64,000 nt of DNA from a virus (taxonomy: Duplodnaviria > Caudoviricetes), in the IMG/VR virus record IMGVR_UViG_2922690425_000004, positions 1 through 64,000 of that record; one strand, given 5' to 3'. The notes below the pieces were generated by a model that had not been told where the DNA came from, did no database searches, and saw nothing but the letters and a program-made list of their open reading frames with translations. The translations under genes were made by a program, and so were the position numbers. Of the stretch, positions 59,443-64,000 are shown piece after piece (positions within the stretch are counted from its first letter, which is position 1; every line of letters starts with the position of its first letter).

Positions 59443-59526
59443 ATGAAATGGAGAATGAAAGATAAAGTGTCATTGTTGTTAAGTGTTTCGTTATGGGTTG
59501 TTGTAATAGTGAAAATTTATTACTAA
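59443..59526 (+). CDS. Small hydrophobic peptide, 27 aa
   Basis: MKWRMKDKVSLLLSVSLWVVVIVKIYY; AAGGA SD. Confidence 0.35.
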   Translation: MKWRMKDKVSLLLSVSLWVVVIVKIYY

Positions 59527-59576
59527 ATCAATATATAAGAATAATTAATATTGTTCCACGTGAAACGTAAGGAAGG

Positions 59577-59840
59577 ATGTGTTTACGGATGAAAGAAACT
59601 ATTTCTAATAAATTAATTGTCGAAGCATTGAACGCTGCTACACATGCAACCGGAATCATATACAAGGAACATACATCATTTGAACTCAGACGTGTAATGT
59701 TGGAGCTAGCTGAAAATGGAGCTTGCGATAGTGAATATGAAGGTGATGGTTATTTTACAATTGGATTAGTTGATACTATTCATATTAGTGAAATGTCGGA
59801 CATTTTCATAGCTAAGAATATGATTAAAAATTATTCATAA
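59577..59840 (+). CDS. Hypothetical early protein
   Basis: SD upstream; terminator at 59852-59877. Confidence 0.5.
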   Translation: MCLRMKETISNKLIVEALNAATHATGIIYKEHTSFELRRVMLELAENGACDSEYEGDGYFTIGLVDTIHISEMSDIFIAKNMIKNYS

Positions 59841-59976
59841 CACCTACTTTTAACCCGTCTAAAAGACGGTTTTTTTATTACTTTAATATACAAAAATAAT
59901 TAAATATATTGATATGATGATCCGTTTATGCTATAATAAATACATAAAGAACAAGAGATAACGAGGTGAAAACATA

Positions 59977-60072
59977 ATGAGTCAATCAAAATTAGCAATA
60001 ATAAAAAGCCAATGGCAACGCAGGCAAATCTTAAAAAGTCAAACTGTATTCGGACATTTGGTATTAAGATAA
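59977..60072 (+). CDS. Small basic peptide, 31 aa
   Basis: GAGGTG SD after a promoter; MSQSKLAIIKSQWQRRQILKSQTVFGHLVLR. Confidence 0.4.
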   Translation: MSQSKLAIIKSQWQRRQILKSQTVFGHLVLR

Positions 60073-60118
60073 TAATTCATTGTTAAAAATAAATAAAAAA
60101 CAAAAGGTGGTTGTTCAA

Positions 60119-60751
60119 ATGGGAAACATTAATAGTATGAACATGGTAGAAAAATTAGACTGGCTTTCTGAATCCTTAGCAACTGCAATTACAAATGTTG
60201 CATATACTTCTTGGAAGCACTTGAGTGATGAACAAAAAGAGCTGGTAAAAGTGGCATTTCATAAAGATCTGGAATCCAATAATATCGAAGTTACCGATGA
60301 ACTTATTAAAGCTGTAAAGGCTGAGTTTACAGGATCACCTATGACTTCGATGTTAGCTGAATACATAAGTAAATTTGCAAAGGTTGCTAAACAACTTAAA
60401 CCAGAACAAAAAGCAACTGTAATCAAATTTGATGAGTTCGGCTTTCCTATGGTTCTTCATACAGTTATCAAAGGTTCTCTGATTGAACCATATGCACAAT
60501 ATAGTGATTCACTTGTAATTGCTCATAAGCCCAAACAAAGACGCAAAGTATGGGAAACAAGGGTTTTGCCATATGAGGAACTAATGATATATGACGGATG
60601 GGTTGATATTGTTACTGACAAAGTAATGCACAATATAATTAAGTCAGATGAACATGTAACAGTTAAACAATCTAAATATAGATGTTTTGATAAGAATTTT
60701 CTGAGTGACATAAAAGGTTTAATTAATCAGCAGCCTGTAATAATAATTTAA
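60119..60751 (+). CDS. Hypothetical early protein
   Basis: Start moved to ATG 60119 after AAGGTGG. Confidence 0.55.
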   Translation: MGNINSMNMVEKLDWLSESLATAITNVAYTSWKHLSDEQKELVKVAFHKDLESNNIEVTDELIKAVKAEFTGSPMTSMLAEYISKFAKVAKQLKPEQKATVIKFDEFGFPMVLHTVIKGSLIEPYAQYSDSLVIAHKPKQRRKVWETRVLPYEELMIYDGWVDIVTDKVMHNIIKSDEHVTVKQSKYRCFDKNFLSDIKGLINQQPVIII

Positions 60752-60827
60752 ATGACAAGCAAATTCCTATATACAAAAATAAATAAATATGTTATAATAA
60801 TATTATAAATAAGAAGAGGTGATAACG

Positions 60828-63800
60828 ATGTGGTATGGTGATAAAAGAGAAGCAAAAGTGAATATTGCTATGGCTTTAGTTAATAAAGGATGGAAGATTT
60901 ACGGCTGGAAAGATGATGAATCTGATGCAATGACAGATTACTTCAGCCCTGCTGATTGGGATGGCATTGCTGAAAAGAACGGCTATGTTCTTTGCATCGA
61001 TCAAAATAATACACGTTACAGTGGTTATGAACAAAAAGAATACATAAGTGGGCACTCTCAATATAAAACAAATGCACGGATTCAAAAACTTGAAGCTATG
61101 ATGAATGATACAGCGTCAACAGAAAATGAAAAAGCTTCATGCGCTGTACTGATTGAGAAAGAAAGAGAAAAAGATGCTTCATTTGAGAAGTGGAGAGTAA
61201 CCGAGGTATACCCTGAATTCTCTTTTGGGAACCCACGTGGGACTACTTGGCACATTGAAAAAGATGGGCAAATTATCGCTAAGGGCAAAGGAGTATTTTC
61301 GGTCAATGACTACGATTGGGAGAACAAAGAGAAAACCGAGAAGCAGCAAAAAGCTGAGAAAGTAGAAGCACTAGTTAAGCGATTTGAAAAAGCAATTAAA
61401 GATGCAGGCGCATTGAAAGCTGAAGTAATTAAAGTAGAAAAGAAAGTCATTAAACCAGTTGAAAAAGAAGATAAAACTATCAATGTTAACGATGTACTAT
61501 CTTTCTCTTATCATGGGCATTTTTGGGTAGTTACTGATATTTACACAAACTCCAAAAAACAGTCCTGTGTAACTTACGAACTTTTGGGAAGTGAAAAGAG
61601 AGGCTATCAACGACTAAATGGTATGAGTGTTAAACGTTATTATCAAACATCCGAGAGATTGAACAAAGGAATTGAAGAAGGAACTGTTAAAGTACACACG
61701 TTGCAGGAAGTTATAGAATACCAAGAAAAAACAGTATTCAAGAAGACATCTCGTAAACAAACTGTATCTAATGTCCCAGCTATTGAAACAACAGAAGATA
61801 CACAGGAAGAAACTAATGAAATTACTAATGAAATTACCAATGTGTCTACAGAAGTAACCGTAACATATAACAATGAGAAGCAAGGTATTGAGATCCGTTT
61901 CCCGTCAAAACCTGAAAGCAATATTATTGAACAACTTAAAGCTTATGGTTTTAGATGGTCTAAACGTGGGTTTTGGTATGCTAAACAGTCAGATAAAACA
62001 AATCAATTCGCAAGTTCATTGCAAGCGGACTATAACAATCATAACAACACCGAATTTAACGAAACGGTTAGTATTGCAGTGTTTGAAGATATTAATATTG
62101 ATGACCTTCACATGTACATTGTCTCAGATGAATTACAATCACGTTTACATTCATCTAGTCTGTTTCAGGTCGACTATAAAAAGGATTGTTTCAATACATT
62201 TAACGAACTCCAAAAAGCCGCTCTAAATGTGCTATCGCAAGCAGACAATGAATATCTTCAATACCAAATTAAAAAGTACTTACAATCCTTTAAGCAGCGT
62301 TATTATAAACAATACATTAAAATACTCAATCATCGCGTTAATAATCCTTCATGGGCTGTTACTGGTCGAGGTGGATTAAACGTTCAACGTTACAACAAAA
62401 TGCAAGACAGATATGGGAATATGTTAAGTCAGCTTTCGGATATGAAAAAAGAGTTTGATAATCGTATGGATAAATTTAAAACTAGAATTTTGAAATTAGA
62501 AAAAGAAAGATTAGCTAAAGAAGTTAATGAAGTTGTAGAAATACCAAAATTTAAGATAGATCGTAAGCAAATCACCTTAGCTGGCTATACAGAGACAACA
62601 AGAGTGTACACTTATAAAAACTATATGATTGCTAAGACGTGGGGAATGTATCGTGTTTTTAAGGATGGAAAAGAGGTTGACACAAACTTAAAAACCACTA
62701 GCCGACTAGATGAGGCCAAAAGATTTGTAGCATATTTAATTAGCAAGGATGAACCAACAAGAACGAATGAAAATAATGATAAAAGACGAATTTTACAAGA
62801 AGAATCAGAAAATAAAAATAGCAATCAGCAGCAATATATTAGCAAGATTAATAAGCAAATCGTGTCAGCACAAAAGAAATTGAATGCCTTGTCTGGCGAT
62901 CATTTAACTAACACATGGAAACGCCAGCAAGAAGCAGCAAGCCGAGAACAGAAAAAAGATAATTTGAACTTAGAAATTAGTATTCTGGAACATCTAAAAG
63001 AAAAGGCAACTAATAACATAATGGATGAATTCGAAATGGCTTTATTGGTAGGTAGTTTTAGAGAAGATATGAGAATTAAATATAAATCAAGAGGTAAACA
63101 CAATTATGAGGTAAAATATCCGACTATTAATCCAGATGCCGATGTTAACGGTTGGTGGAATCAAGAAGTTCCAAAATTGCAGAAGCGCTTGAACAAAGCA
63201 GGAATACACAATACAGAGCAATACAATGAAGCAATAGATAAATATGCTGCACTTGTAAAAGTTACAGAAAGACCAGTCAATCCAGTTCAACAGAAGATTA
63301 AGAAAATGGAAAGCGAAGTTAAGCTCTGTAAAATTGATGGATACTTTCCGACTCCTAAAACTATTGTAGAACGTATGATTGAGTTGGTTGATATACAAGA
63401 TGGTGAGACTATTTTAGAGCCAAGCGCAGGTAACGGCAATATATTAGACGGTGTAAACGAGTATATACAAGACAATAACCTAAATGCAGAATTGCACGGT
63501 ATTGAGTGGAATCATACGTTACGTCAGATTCTAGAGTTAAAACAATACAAGTTAGTTGCTAATGATTTTATCGAATTTACGCCATTTACTAAGTACAATA
63601 AAATAATTATGAATCCACCATTCGAAAAAAGCAAAGACGTTGATCACGTATTAAAAGCATACGACTGTCTTAAGGATGGAGGAAGGCTCATTGCTATAAT
63701 GTCACCACATTGGACATTCGCTAATGATACCAAGAGTATTCAGTTTCGTAACTGGTTAAATGACAAGGGATATTATGAGAAACTTCCAGAAGGTTCATTC

Positions 63801-63878
63801 AAGGAGTCGGGAACCGGGGTCAATACAGTGTTGGTAGTTATTGAAAAAGTTGAAGAAGAGAGAGTAAGAGTAAACTAA
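60828..63878 (+). CDS. Large polyvalent protein with C-terminal N6-adenine methyltransferase
   Basis: YFPTP, LEPSAGNG (motif I), IIMNPPF (motif IV) and FKESGT; upstream GIEIRF..KP..LK..GFRW and PSWAVTGRGG segments. Confidence 0.75.
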   Translation: MWYGDKREAKVNIAMALVNKGWKIYGWKDDESDAMTDYFSPADWDGIAEKNGYVLCIDQNNTRYSGYEQKEYISGHSQYKTNARIQKLEAMMNDTASTENEKASCAVLIEKEREKDASFEKWRVTEVYPEFSFGNPRGTTWHIEKDGQIIAKGKGVFSVNDYDWENKEKTEKQQKAEKVEALVKRFEKAIKDAGALKAEVIKVEKKVIKPVEKEDKTINVNDVLSFSYHGHFWVVTDIYTNSKKQSCVTYELLGSEKRGYQRLNGMSVKRYYQTSERLNKGIEEGTVKVHTLQEVIEYQEKTVFKKTSRKQTVSNVPAIETTEDTQEETNEITNEITNVSTEVTVTYNNEKQGIEIRFPSKPESNIIEQLKAYGFRWSKRGFWYAKQSDKTNQFASSLQADYNNHNNTEFNETVSIAVFEDINIDDLHMYIVSDELQSRLHSSSLFQVDYKKDCFNTFNELQKAALNVLSQADNEYLQYQIKKYLQSFKQRYYKQYIKILNHRVNNPSWAVTGRGGLNVQRYNKMQDRYGNMLSQLSDMKKEFDNRMDKFKTRILKLEKERLAKEVNEVVEIPKFKIDRKQITLAGYTETTRVYTYKNYMIAKTWGMYRVFKDGKEVDTNLKTTSRLDEAKRFVAYLISKDEPTRTNENNDKRRILQEESENKNSNQQQYISKINKQIVSAQKKLNALSGDHLTNTWKRQQEAASREQKKDNLNLEISILEHLKEKATNNIMDEFEMALLVGSFREDMRIKYKSRGKHNYEVKYPTINPDADVNGWWNQEVPKLQKRLNKAGIHNTEQYNEAIDKYAALVKVTERPVNPVQQKIKKMESEVKLCKIDGYFPTPKTIVERMIELVDIQDGETILEPSAGNGNILDGVNEYIQDNNLNAELHGIEWNHTLRQILELKQYKLVANDFIEFTPFTKYNKIIMNPPFEKSKDVDHVLKAYDCLKDGGRLIAIMSPHWTFANDTKSIQFRNWLNDKGYYEKLPEGSFKESGTGVNTVLVVIEKVEEERVRVN

Positions 63879-63914
63879 TGATTTAGAATTTGAGGGAGGA
63901 AAGGCGGTGGTTAC

Positions 63915-64000
63915 ATGAGAAAGAATAAACCTCAGAGAAAGCCTGCTGGCGTATCACGGCTATATTGGAGCTATTTACAGGGGAACTTAGATCTTGCTGA
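63915..64000 (+). CDS. Start of a hypothetical protein (runs off the window)
   Basis: SD plus ATG; MRKNKPQRKPAG.. Confidence 0.4.
   Translation, partial: MRKNKPQRKPAGVSRLYWSYLQGNLDLA

Larger units (their letters stand above)
1..64000. mobile_element. SPbeta-like large temperate phage or prophage (partial)
   Basis: yonO-HU-yonK-yonJ-terminase-portal-capsid-tail-recombinase-tape measure order matches the SPbeta late region. Confidence 0.9.

Overview
The window is about 64 kb of a large SPbeta-like temperate phage or prophage from a low-GC Firmicute, probably Paenibacillus-like (inferred from the accessory genes). Positions 258-54948 are one minus-strand late region. In transcription order it holds a YonO-type single-subunit RNA polymerase, HU, terminase/portal/scaffold/capsid genes, head-tail connectors, the tail tube, three glycosyltransferases, a tyrosine recombinase, a 2362-aa tape measure with NlpC/P60 and SLT domains, a tail spike, a 6-kb accessory island, a split distal tail, PAAR, a cassette of carbohydrate-binding fibre proteins and the lysis genes. 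Positions 55121-64000 are a plus-strand early region: tyrosine recombinase, Rep-like protein with 22-bp iterons, a YonT-like type I TA locus, an HTH repressor and a polyvalent N6-adenine methyltransferase. Signals the ORF track misses: (1) an NYN RNase gene whose stop codon overlaps a perfect sigmaA promoter driving a ~115-nt RNA of tandem 17-nt repeats, a candidate new RNase-toxin/RNA-antitoxin defence module; (2) an ORF-less group I intron in a tail gene that changes only its C-terminus; (3) a glycosyltransferase trio inside the tail operon, candidate virion glycosylation; (4) a ~330-nt multi-hairpin ncRNA candidate upstream of the packaging genes; (5) two type I TA loci, a quorum-sensing pro-peptide and an internal endolysin start. 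All family calls come from motif recognition and synteny, not database searches.
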